Shown one piece after another: positions 25,572 to 39,200 of a DNA stretch of 49,834 nucleotides. Position numbers and translations under genes: made by a program. Within the stretch, counting starts at the first letter, position 1. Every line of letters begins with the position of its first letter. A model generated the notes under the pieces. That model ran no database searches and was not told the origin of the DNA. It saw nothing but the letters and a program-made list of their open reading frames with translations. The DNA is from Chromera velia (lineage: Eukaryota): NCBI GenBank assembly GCA_018398765.1, contig JAHBMJ010000354.1, positions 1 to 49,834 of the forward strand. Reading direction: 5' to 3'.

Positions 25572-28333
25572 TTTTGGCTCTCTTTCTTTGCCGTCGCGCG
25601 TTCGTTGCCGAATTTTCACCGCCTGATTCATATGTAGCCTGACTCACTGACTCTCCCGTTTTGTTTTTTAAAATTTGATTCGCCCCTCGTTCCCTCTCTC
25701 TCTCCCTCTCCCCCTCTCCCTCTCCCTCCCTCCCTCCCTCTCTCTCTCTCTCTCTCTGAGGGTAGAAAGAAGAGAGCTGCCTGGCGGAGTGGAAGGTTGA
25801 AGAAAGGAAAGGAAAGAAAATAATAACTGCGGAGAGCTCTGACTACAGTCTCTGTTCTTGTGCTCCTCTTACTGTTGTACAAGTGCTGCTCCCCCCTCTC
25901 TTCTGCTTACGTTTTTTTGTGCCCCCTCTATCTTTTCGCTTCATCTCCTCTGACCGCCCACGCTTTCTTTTCCCACGCCATGCATATATCTTCCTTCATT
26001 TTTCTTCCTTCCTCTCCTCCTTGGTTTTTCCCTTTCTTTGGTCCGTCCTTTCTTCTGTGCAGCCGATTCGACGGACTATGCACATCGAACTTCCCGGTGG
26101 AAATGTGCAGTCATCAGACCTGATTCCGACAGGCTCTGCAGGCTCTGCCTCGTCGCAGGGGCATGGTCGGACGGGGGCGGGGGGAGGCGGTGACGGCCGG
26201 GGGGGACAGGAAGATGGGGGCATGGACGGGGGGGAACACCATCACAGCCCTTTCCCCATGCAGCCCCCCATGCAAAAAGTGCACATGGAGTTTTGCCTCC
26301 CTGCGAGTGGAGCCCCGCAGTCCTCTTCCTCCTCAGCCTCTGCCTCCGCCTCCGGAGGGATCGCGTTGACTTACAGTGACGGTGCAGGTGGTGGGAGGGA
26401 AAGGCGAGCGCAGGAGACGGCACTGTCGATCCGGCAGGACGAGGGCGTGCATGGGCCGCACGAACGTTCTGCCCGTGACAGCGCTTATTCGCTCCCTATG
26501 CACGGGGGGCACAATCAGTCAGGGTTCAGAATTCACGATTTGGGGCAGCCTGGCTTTTCAAGTTCGCTTTCGTTGAGCCCCTCGCACGGAGCTCGGCTCT
26601 TGCAGGCGGGCGGTTCCCCGTCGCCTCGTCCTCGCTCTCCGATTCCCGGGGGAATGCTCCAGGTCCCCTTGCCCCAAGAAGCCACCCCCCGAAATCAGGC
26701 GGCAGCAGCAGACAGCAGGGCGGCAGGGTTCTCATCCTCTTCGGCCGAACACGGTCCTGGTCCTGGCAGGTCTGCTGCTGGGGCTGCTTCTGCCGGACGT
26801 GCAGGGGGCAATTTTGATTTGGGGGTTTGGGGGATGTTGGGGGGCACTGTTGAGCAGACCCTAAGTGCTGACCTTGTAGCAGCGGGAGAGGGAGAGGGAG
26901 AGGTTCCCGTGAAGAAAAAGAAAAAGAAGGGCAACAAGAAGAAAAAGAAATCGGAGGACGCGCAGAACCCCCACGATCCTCCTCCTCCTCATGATGATGA
27001 TGAACATATGGGGGAGCCTGAGGCTGGGGTTGGGGTTAGAGGAGCACGGGGGAATGGGGGCCCAGAAGGAGAAGGAGAAGGACGGGGGGAATCTCTTCAC
27101 AGAGTCTCCTCGACAGGAGACAACGAGGAGAAGTTAACCTCAGCCTCAGCTTCAACAGGGGATTCGGCGATGATGAGAGGCCAACAGGGGGCAGCAGTGG
27201 AAGAAGCGAGGCAAACAGGAAAGGGAGGGAATGTTTTCTCTTTATCTGCAGTCGTCCCCACTTCTTCGTCCTCCTCCTCGTCTACCGGACCTGTTGATGC
27301 GTCTTCTACCCACACGGCAACAGCGCGAGCTGTCGAGTCGCAGGGAGAGGGGGAGGGGGAGGGGGATCAGGGACGCCGAAAGGAAAGGCATGGAGAGAAA
27401 AAGGAAAAGGGGAGAGGAACAGAAAAGGAGAAAGAAAAGAGAGAAGCAAAAGGAAATCTCCCCCTCTCGCTTCCCCTTTCTGCCGCCTCTAAAGGAAAAG
27501 GGACTCGAAGGGGGGATGCTTCCGCGTCTCCCTCTTCTTCTGTCTCTTCGTTTCTGTTCCCGTCGATGCTTCAGAGAAGTCCTGAACAACAGCCTGCTGC
27601 TCCTGCTGTACAGCCAACAGCCCCTTCTCTTTCTTTGCGCCCTGCTGCCGAAAGCGGGCGCGAGCACGAAAATGAAAAGTCCCTGTACAAAGGAGGGAGG
27701 GATAGAGCAACGAAAGATAAGGGAGATGCAGGGGGAGATGAAGGCAGGGGGGATATTAATATGTCTGCAGAGGGATGGGAGACCGTCGCTGCGGGGGGGC
27801 GGGGGGGTCATCGGAGTAGGAGGGGGGGGCCGTCGCCCTCTTCTTCTTCTTCTTCTCGCCAGCACTGGCACGCCCCCTCCCCCTGTAACTCCAGTTCTTC
27901 GCCTCCGCCCAACTCGTCTTCCCCCGGCCCTCCGACGACCGGTGGCCCCCCTGCGCCAGCGCAACTTGTCCATGCAGGGCTTGCAGGTCATCCAGATTTG
28001 CATGGGGGGGGAATGAGACGTGGAAGTGGACATAGGGGGCCTGCCCTGCATCTGCATGGGGGCGCTGCTCCTGGTCCTGGTCCTGGTGGGACGAACCGGC
28101 CTTCGTTCCCTACTGGAATGAAGGGACTTCTCCAAGGTATGTATGTATGTGTAGGTATCGATGGTTGGACGGTTTCGGTGGGCATTGACATCCTTTCTTC
28201 TGCATTTTCGACAAATTAGCTGCGCTGTGCATGTTCAAGCAACATCATAGTGCGCTTCGCTGAGGGGAAAAATATTCTGCCTCCTGTCTTTCCAATTTGA
28301 ACGGATAGAAAGCATTTAACAGGGAGGGAGGCA

Positions 28334-28372
<39 letters not shown>

Positions 28373-31300
28373 CCTTCCTTGTTTGTTGTCTATCTGATCT
28401 GCCTGTTGCGTTCGTTGTGACGGAGTCGTTTTGTCTCCTTTCCGCACCCCTGACTATCAGAAACAACGGAACGAAAGAAACGAAAGCGGATGGATGTGCC
28501 TTTTCTTTTCTTGTGTGTGTGTGTGTGTGTGAACCAATGCAGAAACCAAAAGTAAGGACAAAGCCCAGTCCGGTGCTGTTTTGACTTCTTCCTCACCCCG
28601 CACGGTCAAGGAAGAGAACGGAGGAGGAGGGCCAATAGACTCTGCCTCCCCGGTGGCAGGCGCGCAGTCCCAGCTGACCCTAGCTGGAAAGGGGGACGGT
28701 GCAAAACCGGTGCGAGAGGGAGAGGGAGGGGCGGGGGGGGAAGGCGAAAGCCAGATGACGACCAGCCTTCCTCCCGCTCCTGTTACCTCCTCATGGGGTC
28801 CAAGTACTCAAGGACAAGCTCAAACAACACCCATGCAGCCAAGCGAGGAGGGGGAGGGCAAGGAAAAGGAGGGAAAGAAGAGTCCCCTGAAGAAGAAGAA
28901 AACGACGGTGGGCACGCAGACGGTAGATGACGGGGATGATGTAGAGGGCTTGGGCATACAAGGAGACGTGGAGAATATCTCAGCGGCGTTGGGGGGGTTC
29001 AACGAGCGTGGCGATATGCTGTCTGATTCTGCCCATGGTTCCTCCCGTCCCGCAGATCAGCAGCAGATGCAGGGGAAGGGGGGCGCATCAACGGCGGCTT
29101 CAGGCAGCAGGAGAAGCGCAGCGGATGAAAAAGAAGATTACGATCTGAACTATCCTTCATTGGCTAGTGGTACGTCAGTCTGTCTGTCTGTCTGTCTGGT
29201 GTTTCTTCCTTCTCTTTCCCTATCAATGTTCTTTCTGCTGTGTAGCAAAATGATGTCGAGTACAAAAAGAATATCATGCGTCACAAAGAGGCAGGGGTGG
29301 GTACCTGCATACATACACTGGGACGTCCTCCTTCCTGCCGCCCCCCTTCTTCCCTTCTTCCCTCTCTCCCTCCCTCCCTCCTGTTAATTTCTGTTTAGTA
29401 ATGAATTCTTTTGGTTGATCTCTCGGCAGACAGACAGCCTCTGTCTGTGCCTTCCTCCCTCCACCAACTGTCACCGCGCTCGCTCTTTTCTCGTGTGTCT
29501 GTCTGTCTGTCTGTCTGTCTCTCTGTCTGGGTGTCTTTCTCTTTGTCTGTCTGCAAATCCGTTGTTGCTTGCAGGACTTCTAAGGCGCTCTCGTCCCTTT
29601 TCCGCCTCTGCCGGTACGGCAAGTGGGGGCCTGCCGAGGACTTGGCAGCACTCTTCGTCTTCCTCGAACCTCCCTCGCACCAGTCAGGGCAATTTGAAGC
29701 CGAGTCAGGCTGCAAAGAAGAAGGACAGGCTGGAAAGGGAGAGAGTAGAAAGACAGCAACAAGAAGGGAGGGCAGAGGAGGAGCGGCTGAAAGAAGCCGC
29801 CGCCGACCGAGAGAAAATTCCCACCGGAGGCAGAAGAGAGGACACGCAGGAGGAGGAAAGGGGGGGGGGCTCAGAGAAGAAAGTTGACCCGTCCACGTTG
29901 AAAGATCAACAACAGAAAGAAGAGAAAGTTGGAATTGGGGGCCAAGGAGCGGCCCGAGCCGAAGTTTCGTCGCTTCAGGAGAAAGAAGGCGGCAAAGAAG
30001 GAGAAGACCGACGTGGAGGATCACCCAAAGAAGGCAGCGTTCCCGGGTCTAGAGCACAGAGCGTAGGAGAGAAAGAGAAAGAGCGGGCGCCAAAGGGTCA
30101 GCAGAGCACAGAGAAGTTGAGCCAGGAGGGCAAGAAGAAGGAGAAGGAAGGATCAACGGCTACAGGTGTCAGCGCAGACCATGTCGCCCCACACCCACAC
30201 CCACAGGTGTCTTCTCCCACCCCGGCTCTGCACGGGGGCAGCAGTGGGGGTAAGGGTGTCACCAAGAAAAAAGAGAAGGGGGAAATGAAGTCCAATTCCT
30301 CAAACAAACCTTCTGTTGACAAGCAGGAGAAGGACTCATTAGCAGCTCCCGTGGTGGAAGAGAAGGGAAGAAAAGAAAAGGAAAAGAGGGGGTCTCCGAG
30401 ACAACTCCCAGACGAGGAGGATCTTCGAGATGAAGCGAAGAATCCTGCTGCTGTCAACACCTTCCCCCCTGTGCCCAACGACGGTGGGGGGAAGGGCGGC
30501 GTTTCTGTCTCCCGTGATTCTTCCCCCGATAATCCTACACCAACGTCCGCAAAAGTCCAACCCCTTTCCTCAGCAAAACCAAAAGGCTCAGCTTCAAAAC
30601 CCCCCAAAAGCAAAGATCGGCCTCCCCCCCCTCGCCTCGATGATGGTGCAGATGCAGAAGGAGGAGAAGGGAGCCCTCTCCCTCTGCCCCCGCAACCCGA
30701 TCCCCATCCCCCCATCGCAAGTGCCGTTCTTTCCTCGGCCTCCTCCCCCCTTTCAGCCGCACCACCCAAAAGGCCGCCTCATGCGGGTCCAAAAGTTACC
30801 CCGCATGCTGCTGGGGAGACCTCACCCATGCAGCACTCTGCTCCTGCCCCCGCGACGTCTGCCTCCTCTCAGCTGCCTCCGACTCGACACAGAAAAGAAA
30901 AGGAGAAGGGAGGGGACGCCGTGACGGTCCCTGTTCCTGAAAGGGAGAAAGAAAACCCCAACAAACAAAAACATAAGGTGGGGGGTGTTTCCCCGAGCAG
31001 AGCTGTGCCCTCTATCCCTCTCTCTCTAGACCCTCCCCCATTACCCCCCGAAGGCTCCCACTGTCCCCTCAGTCTCTCTTCCTCTTCGAACACCTTGACG
31101 CCCATGCAGGCAGCAGCAGCAGCAGCAGCCTCAAAAGCAGGCTCTCCAGTTGCGAGAAAGAAGAAGAAAGTCAAGAATGTCCCTGTAGGCAGTGTGTCAA
31201 GTGCCCCCGGACCGACACCTCAGTCTCGCGAGGGAAAAGGCCAAGCTGATTCAGTCCGCCCCCAAGATCTGGAGGGAAAGGAAAAGGAAAAGCAGCAGAA

Positions 31301-34300
31301 GGAGCCTGACGCTGAGGTGGAAGGAAGGGACAGAGGGGGGGGAAACTTGCCTCCGTCTACAAGTTTTTCATCAGGTCTTCCACTGCAGGGCGCCGGCATG
31401 GCTCGTGAGGGCCCTAATACTTCTGGGGCCAGCGCCCTTCCCGTCAACCCATTCAGTGAGAATCACATGCGAGGCGGGTCTCTGGACAGCAGCACAGAAA
31501 AGATAAAAAGCAGCAAATGTTTTCTCTTCAACCAACCAGGAAGCTCTGTTTCTGTTCTTGCTGCCGCAATTGCAGCAGGCAAGCAGCGGCAGCAACAGCA
31601 AGAACAGGGAGAGGGAGAGGAACATCCCCTTGCATCCTCTCAGCAGCAGCTGCCCCCTTCCCACACAGCAGCAGCAGCAGCAGAGGCAGGAGGAGAGAGG
31701 GAGGAGGGAGCTCGTCAGCCGTCCCCGACCGCGTTTACCCCCCATGCCCCCCCAAACGCTCCTCACGCACTCACAACAAATATGAATAGCATCGGAGGGG
31801 CTTCTCACCACCCGCCTATGCATCTACCCGCCTGCTGGCAGGGGAGTGGGGCCATGCCCCCTCAAGGACCCGTTGTGCCTTCTGGAAACGGAAACGGGGG
31901 TTTGCCTTTGCCCCGGCTGCACCCTTTCTTTCTGCATGCGGGATCTCCAAACATGGACGATTCCTCTTACCCCCGTGCTGCACTCGCACAAGCACATGGA
32001 GGACACGCCGCCTCTCAGCAGCAGAGTGGCGCCCCCGCGCTGTTTCCCCAGTCCTACAGACTGCCGCCAAACCAAAACCCAACTCGGCACGTTCTCCTCA
32101 GTGAGACTGCTGAGCTCGGGGGCGGGATGTCTTCTTCTTCTGCGGAGTGGCCCCGGGGGGCTCCGGCTATCCTCCTAAGGGGAGACGGTGAGGGGTCGAT
32201 GCAACAACAAGGGTCAGCAGGGGAGTCTGGGGGAGTGGGGTGGCAGCAGCAGCACACCGCCCCCGCCGCCGAGCCTGGCCGGCGAGACGACGGGGGACCC
32301 CCGATGAATCCGCATCCTCCTCCTCATCAGTCTCCTTTGTCAGGTACCCCCTCCGGCCCTTCCCCTTCAGAGGGCCCCCCGGAGTTCTCTGCAGGCACAA
32401 CCCCATGCAGTCCCTTCATGCCAGCCTTAGGGCTCAGCAGGGGGCCTTCGCATTTGGCAGCAGAGAACAGACTCGAGTCTGGAGGACCCCGTGGGTTTGA
32501 GGGGGGCAGGTCCTTCTCTCATCCAGGGGGGGTCTTTTCGAGGGGTGCGGCTCTGACGCACGCATCCTCATCTTCCTCGTCTCCTTCTCCTCATGAGCCA
32601 TCGCAGCAGCAGCAGATGCCTGCTGGGGGGGTTGGGGCTTCGTGGAAGCAGGGGGGCAGGACAAAGCAGCAGCAGCAGCAGCAGGCAGAAGAACCAAGAG
32701 GGGGATCTGGTTCCTCTGGTGTCAGTGGGCGAATGGGGATGTCAATGGAGGCTGCAGCGGTTGAGTCAATGAATAGGAGTGGGAGTGGGGGGGGGAATTT
32801 GCCATCTTCTTCTGCCACTGCTTCTGGCTCTCAACCTGGTTCGGCCCCCTTTCCCCGGAATCCTTGGGAAGTATATCAGACGATGGAGGCCACCACGGCG
32901 ATTCTGCAGAAGAAAATGAATATTCAGAAACACCAGAGCCAGCATCCAACCATCAGTCCGGCAGCTGGCAGCTCCACCGGCTATGCTTTTCCCGGGGGGG
33001 CTTCGGGTGTGCAGAGGGAGGGGGAGGGGCATGGTGGAGAACTTGCAGAGAAAGATGATGCCGCAGCAGAGAAGGAGACGAGGTCGTCTGGTGCACAGGC
33101 GGAGGAGGCGAAGGAGAAGGACAAGGAACTTGGTGGTGGATCATCGTCTGCGGGGTCTGCTCAGGGGACTGTTGGAAAAGGAAACTTGAAGAGAAGGGGC
33201 AAGGGAGGTGGAGAGAGAGAGAATCTTGGTGTTCCAATTGTGAAGAAGGAAGAGAACGAAAACTTGAATGCGCAAAGAGGAGACAGAGGCATTCCCCCCC
33301 CCATGCAATTGGAAGGACAGCCGGGGCGCCAGGAAGGACAAACAGAACCCAAAGAGGGTTTCCCTCTCCCACCGTCCAGCAGGCACCTCCACCCTTTGAC
33401 TGTGGGGGCGGAGGGAATGCTCCAACTCCCGCACCAAGAAAGAGAAAGGGGCGGGAGGCATCCGCCTGGTCCGTCCAACCACCTAAGGGCGGGAAGTGAC
33501 CAGTTTCCTTTTCCTTTTCCTTTCTCTGCAGCCGTGCCAGGTGAAGCAGGATACTTGCCGCCTCAACAGAACAGCGCCAGAGCAATCTCAGCTCAGGGAA
33601 GTGGAGGAAGTGGAAGTGCCTCTGCTTCCCTTCCCCCCACTGGTGCACCCTCTCTCTCCCCAACCCAGGTTGCTGGGTCCTCATCCACCCTTCCTCTTCC
33701 TCACCAAGCGGCAGGGCAGGGAATATTGGGGTCGCTTGGCCCTTCAGGGCCCAGTCTTGCGGCTTATGAAGGAGGCATGATGCCAGGGAACCTCTCGGAT
33801 TCTTCCCCTTTGAGTTCATCTCGCCAGCAGCTGCACTGGCAGCAGCAGCGTACGATGCCGCATGGGGGAAATCCAAACAGCGGCCTGCTGACGGGGAATA
33901 TGAGCAAGATGATGCAGGGAGTCCCGAGACTCAGCTACGGGGGAGAGGGGGGGCAGATTCCGGGCCCGCATGGTCAGTATGAGTGTCAGGAGACTTCTGC
34001 TGCTGGAGACCCCAGCCAGAGCCAGAGCCAGCCTCTGCCTCTGCAGGGACCAGGGGCCAGCTGGCCGGGGGGGTTGCAGTTTGCTGAGCCTCCTGCTGCT
34101 GCTGCTGCTGAGCCTTTGCCGCCTCTCGATGGAGAGAGAGAGAGAGAAAGAGAGACTGGACGTCAAGGGGCTAGAGAGAGAGTAGGGGAGCGTCAAACAG
34201 AGTTCCTCCCATTCCCGAATCCTCCCCCTCCCCGATATTTCGGCCACTACGGCCCCCCTCACCCTCACCAGCAGCAGCAGCAGGCATTGCACGGGCATGC

Positions 34301-36206
34301 AGGTTGGTATCCTTCAGTTCCTCCTTTCCTGACTCCTCAAGGGGTCAGCAGAGGGCGCAGAATGATGCATGGAGGGGCTGCTGGGTTTGATGGACAAATC
34401 GTGAATGGGACAGCAGCAGGAGGCAATTGGCAGTACTGGGGAGGAGGGAATCAGCCGTCTGCCTTTCCTCCCGCGCCTCCCCTACCTCCTTTTTCGTTTT
34501 CGTCCTTTGCATCTTCCGGAGGTGCGTCGGCCAGAACGACCCCCCGAGGGGGGGGTTCGGGCTCAGCGTCTTCCTCTCGTTTGGGTTTGGGAGTTCCGGA
34601 GGGGGGAGGCGGAGGTGCACGTCTGACGCCCCCGGCTGCTGGACGCGTCCCCTCTCAGTCGTTCACACGTACGAGTGGTGGAGGGGGATTTGGGATACCA
34701 CCTGGTGGACCCAGCAGTAGCAGTAGTAGCAGGGGGGGTGGAGGGGGGGGGGACGGATTTCCTTCTCTGTTTCAGCAACAGCCGCCGACATTGTCAACAA
34801 CCCCGCATGGTTCTGCTGCCAGTTTCATGCAGCAGCAGCAGCAGCAGCAGCAACCGGAAGCAGGAGGAGGAGACTTGTCGAGTTGTCACTCTGGGGGAGG
34901 GAGTGGGGGTCCTCGTCGGGCGAGAGGAGAGAAACCCGAGAGAGAAAGAGATTCTAGAGGACAGCAGCTGCAGCAGCAGGGAGGAGACAGAGACGGGGGG
35001 ATAGGGATAGGGGTTGCAGTTGCAGGGGCGGGGGGAGATCCTTTCGCAATGGGCCCAGCTCAACTTCATCCACACTTCCCCCAGCCTGGGGGCGGGCAGA
35101 GTGCAGGTGGGGGGGGAGTCGGACGGAGAGAGCAAACTGACCCCGGAAACGCCGACCCACAGCTTCACTGGCGTCTTCTTGACTCAGGACAGCCGCCTTT
35201 CACGGGCCCAGGAAACCAGGAATACTTCCTCATGCCGGGGCCCTTGGGGGATCCTGCGGGGACCTCCCCCGATTCCAGCGCCTCAAATTTCCGTTTTTTC
35301 TTCCCCCCGTCTGCTTCGTCAAGAAGTGGAGGAGGCACCCGCATAGAATTCAGGGAACATCTGCCTCCTCATGCGGCAGCAGGGGAAGATGGGAGGTTTC
35401 TTCTAGAAGACGAACGAAAGCAGACGCACGGAGGAGCGGGGGAGAACCCAGAAAACTTTGGGGGGGCCGTCTTCGGGACCCAGACACAGACACAGACAGC
35501 ACGGGGGGCACTGCAGCACAAGCAGCAGCACCATTTGCAATTGGAGAAACAGGAGACCGAATCTCGATGGTCGTCTGCTGAAACTGCAGGACAAAGTGCG
35601 CAGCAGCAGCAGCACCAACAGCCTCCTGTGGGGCACGGGTTTGGCCACAACAGGCAGCCGTCCTTCGTGCAAAACCCGTTTGTGCCCCCTTCCATCCATC
35701 CTCCTCACAGTCAAACTCAGCAAAGCCAGCTGACCCAGGCCGTCTCTCTGTCTCTTCTTTCCTCGGGCGCACCTTCTGCAGAACCCCCCGAAACCCCGGG
35801 GGTGCCACCAGTCTCCGGTTCTGGGGGTGGAGGAGGAGGTCGAGATTTCCCTTTCTTCTCCATGCGGCACCATCCTCAGGGTGGTGTAGCATCGACAGCG
35901 ACAGGAGCGTTGGAAGAGAACAGTGAAGAGGGGCAACAAATTGCAGCAGCAGCAGCAGCAGGGAACAGAGAGGAGTTTTATCAACACAGGGGGCTCCCAG
36001 GGCCCATGCACGGGTCCCTTTATCCCCCCCCTCCTTCTCACCCCATGCTGCACCTGCATGGCTTCGGGGGCTCTGCAGGAGGATTCGCGTCTCGAGATCG
36101 ACCCGGGGGGCCTGCCCCCAATTTTCCTTTTCGCTCTTCGACAGGAGGGGGCGGGAGAAGAGACAGCCCTTTTCTGCCTTCTTCCGCAACTGCACCGTCC
36201 CCTCAG

Positions 36207-36239
<33 letters not shown>

Positions 36240-39200
36240 GGTGTGTCACATGGCTTGCTCTCTCTCTCTCTCTTCTCTCTCGTCTGCATGAATGACTTTC
36301 TTCCTCCTCTCTTTCTCTTTCTCTTTCTGCCGCTCTGCTTCATTCCCAGTTTGTTCTCTGTCCTTTTCTTTCTTTCTTTCTTTCTGTCTTTCTTTCTTTC
36401 TTTCTTTCGCTCGTTCTTTTATTTCTTCCGTTCCTACTTTTCTGAATCTTTCTTTCGTTTTCGCTTCTTTTTTTGTATCATCATCTGATCTCATCCATCC
36501 ATCTCCCCATGGGGGCATTTTCTCTCCCTCCTTAATTAATTCTCCTTCCTTTTGTCCGTCCGTCCGTGCAGATCCCCTCGGCCGTCTCGACAGGGCAGCA
36601 CGCAGAGGGCGTCGGAAGAGGGGCAGCGAGAGGGGGCGCGCATCCCCCCCNNNNNNNNNNNNNNNNNNNNNCCCCCCACATGTTTGCCCAAGGAGACCTG
36701 GGGGAAATCCTGTCACACCAGCAGGGCCACCCCCCTCCTCCGATGGGCCAGCAGACGCAGCACTGGCATGGGCATAGGCATGGGGGGGAGACTCAGCCTG
36801 AGGGGCAGGATCATCATCTCCCTCTGCCCAGCGCCCCCCTCCCCCCCCCTCATCATTTTATGATGCGATCCCAGATGCACAACTATCCACCATTCTCTTC
36901 CGGTATGATTGCAGCTGCAGCACATCAACGACCGGTTTCTGCCTCTGCATTTTCTCCCAGTGCCCCTCAGTTTGATCACACTGTGCTTGGTCTCCATCTT
37001 CCTCCTCCTGGGGGGAGGAATGGGGAGAGGGGGAGAAGGGAAATCAGCAGGCTGCATGGAGAAACCGGTGCACCTCGTGCAGAAGGCTCAGCAGCAGAAC
37101 TGACAGATCTCGACCGTTACTGGTTGTCTGTCCGCTTGCCATTCTTCCTCCCCCCCGAGCTGCCTTCCCCTCTGATCTCCTCGGGGCTCTCTGCCCTCGA
37201 AAAGAAATGCAATCAGCATCGACTGCAGGAGGACCACCAGGGCCACTCGAATCTGTCGAGAGGGAAGGACAAAGTCAAAGGGCAGCCGGGGGAGAAGGAA
37301 GGAGGGGCAGAGGTTGCAGGCCAAAACGGCAGCAGGGAGAGAACGGCGACAGGAGGTGCGGGGGGGACTCAGGACCGGCCCGCCTCCATTTCCCCTCACC
37401 CGTCTCCCACCGCTCCGGTAACGGGTGCAGCAGCAGCAGGAGCTAGGCCGGAGGACATAGATCTCTCAGTCTCGGTCAGGGACGTCCACTGTCCCTTCAC
37501 TTCCTCCTCCTCGGGAAGTGCATCTTTTAGCTCGGCAGCAGCAGCAGCAGTTGTTCCAGTCCCCCTTCCCTCCATGAGGCAGAATCTGACTAAGGGAAAA
37601 GAAACCCGAGATGGAGACACCAGCAGAGCACCAGAGGAGGCCTCTGCATGTCAATCTCTGCTGAAGGGGGGGACGACCGCAAAGCGGAAGTCACCAAGCC
37701 CTGGTCCAGCAGTCGCGGTGGCAGACGGAGAGAAGAAGAACAAAGCCAAAGCAGCAGCAAAAGAAGTGGAGCTGGGGGAGTCAGACAGGAGGTCGAAGGG
37801 CAGGACTCTTTCTCTATCGGACTCGGATACTTTCCAGGCCTTCATACCACCAGCACACTCCCCCCCTCCTGCGACGCCGCCTAACAACACCCCCACGATT
37901 CAGCAGACCTTTGACGCCGCTGCCCCCGCGGGGAGAGAGAGAGGGAGTTGCCCCCCCGTGACCCCTGCGAAGGACGAGGCGGAGGGCGAGATTGCCTTGA
38001 AGCACAGAGAGGAGGTAGAAAGAGAGAAAGGAAGAGGGAAGAAAAAAGCGCGCAGAGGCAATGGTACAGATGAGCGGCGAAGGGCTTCAAGAAAGGAGAA
38101 GAGCCAGCAGAAGAAGAAGAACCTGAATCTGGGAGAAGAGAGAGAAATTGCTGCATGGGGGGAGAGGAGATCGAAAGGGAAAGAGAGAGTGACCACAACG
38201 CTCCGACCGAACCGATCTTCCATGCTCTTCAGCGACACCCCACCGTCTCCTCTCCTCCGTATCTCTGCCGCAGGTGCAGATGAACGAGGGCCCCCCCCTG
38301 TATCGGCAAGAGGAGGGCCTGAGCAGATATCTCAAGAAGTCTCAGGAGATCTCAGTTGGGGAAGAAAAGAAAAAGAGGACGAGGGGAATGTTCAGAAAAA
38401 CGAGAGCGCGAGCAAAAGAAAAAGAAAGGAGAAGAGTCTTCACAAACAGTCAGCAAGACAGCACGCGCTTTTTGACTACCCTGTGCTATCGCGTGCAGCC
38501 TTCAATGCAGCATCTCTTTTGGTCTCCACGACCCCCCAGCTGCATGACCGATGCAGCAGGCAGCAGGGGAGATCCTCCCGCCCCTTTCCCTCGCCTCCTT
38601 CTCGTCTTTCTCCCATGCCGCCGCCGTCTCCCATGTCCCCCTTTTTGCCCCCTTCCTCTTACGGACGCCCCTCCCCCTCCTCAGGTGTCGGGGGTGTGGG
38701 TAGAGACAGAGACAGAGAAGAGTTCGTGCATGGGGTTGTGGAGGGACAAGAACAGGAGGGCAGCACTGAGGAGCAGGTTGAGTTTGTCTGGCCTCACCCG
38801 TCTGTCTCGGGTCTCTTGTCATCTCCAGTCGTCTCCCTTCTTGGACTTGAACAGAGACGACAGCAGAGACAGAGACAGCAGTGTGAAACACAGACTGGGG
38901 AGACAGGATTCGAGGACACGGGTGGGGCTGCGGACCGATCGCCTTCCTCCTCTCCCTCTGAGCCTTCTTCCTCCTCTGGCACTTCCTCTTCCTCCTCGTC
39001 TTCCTCCTCAGAGTCGGAGGAGGAGGAGGAAGGTTCAGGTGATCGTCGTATCGGCCCCTTCTCTCTTTCTCGGGAGGAACCTGGAGGGCGGGGAAGAAAA
39101 GAGACGACGGGAATAGAAAAGAACGGTGAGAAGGAAGAGGGCCGACCAACGCGTGAGCCTCCTCACGCAGCGCTGCAAAAGGAAGAAACGGAAGCCACTG

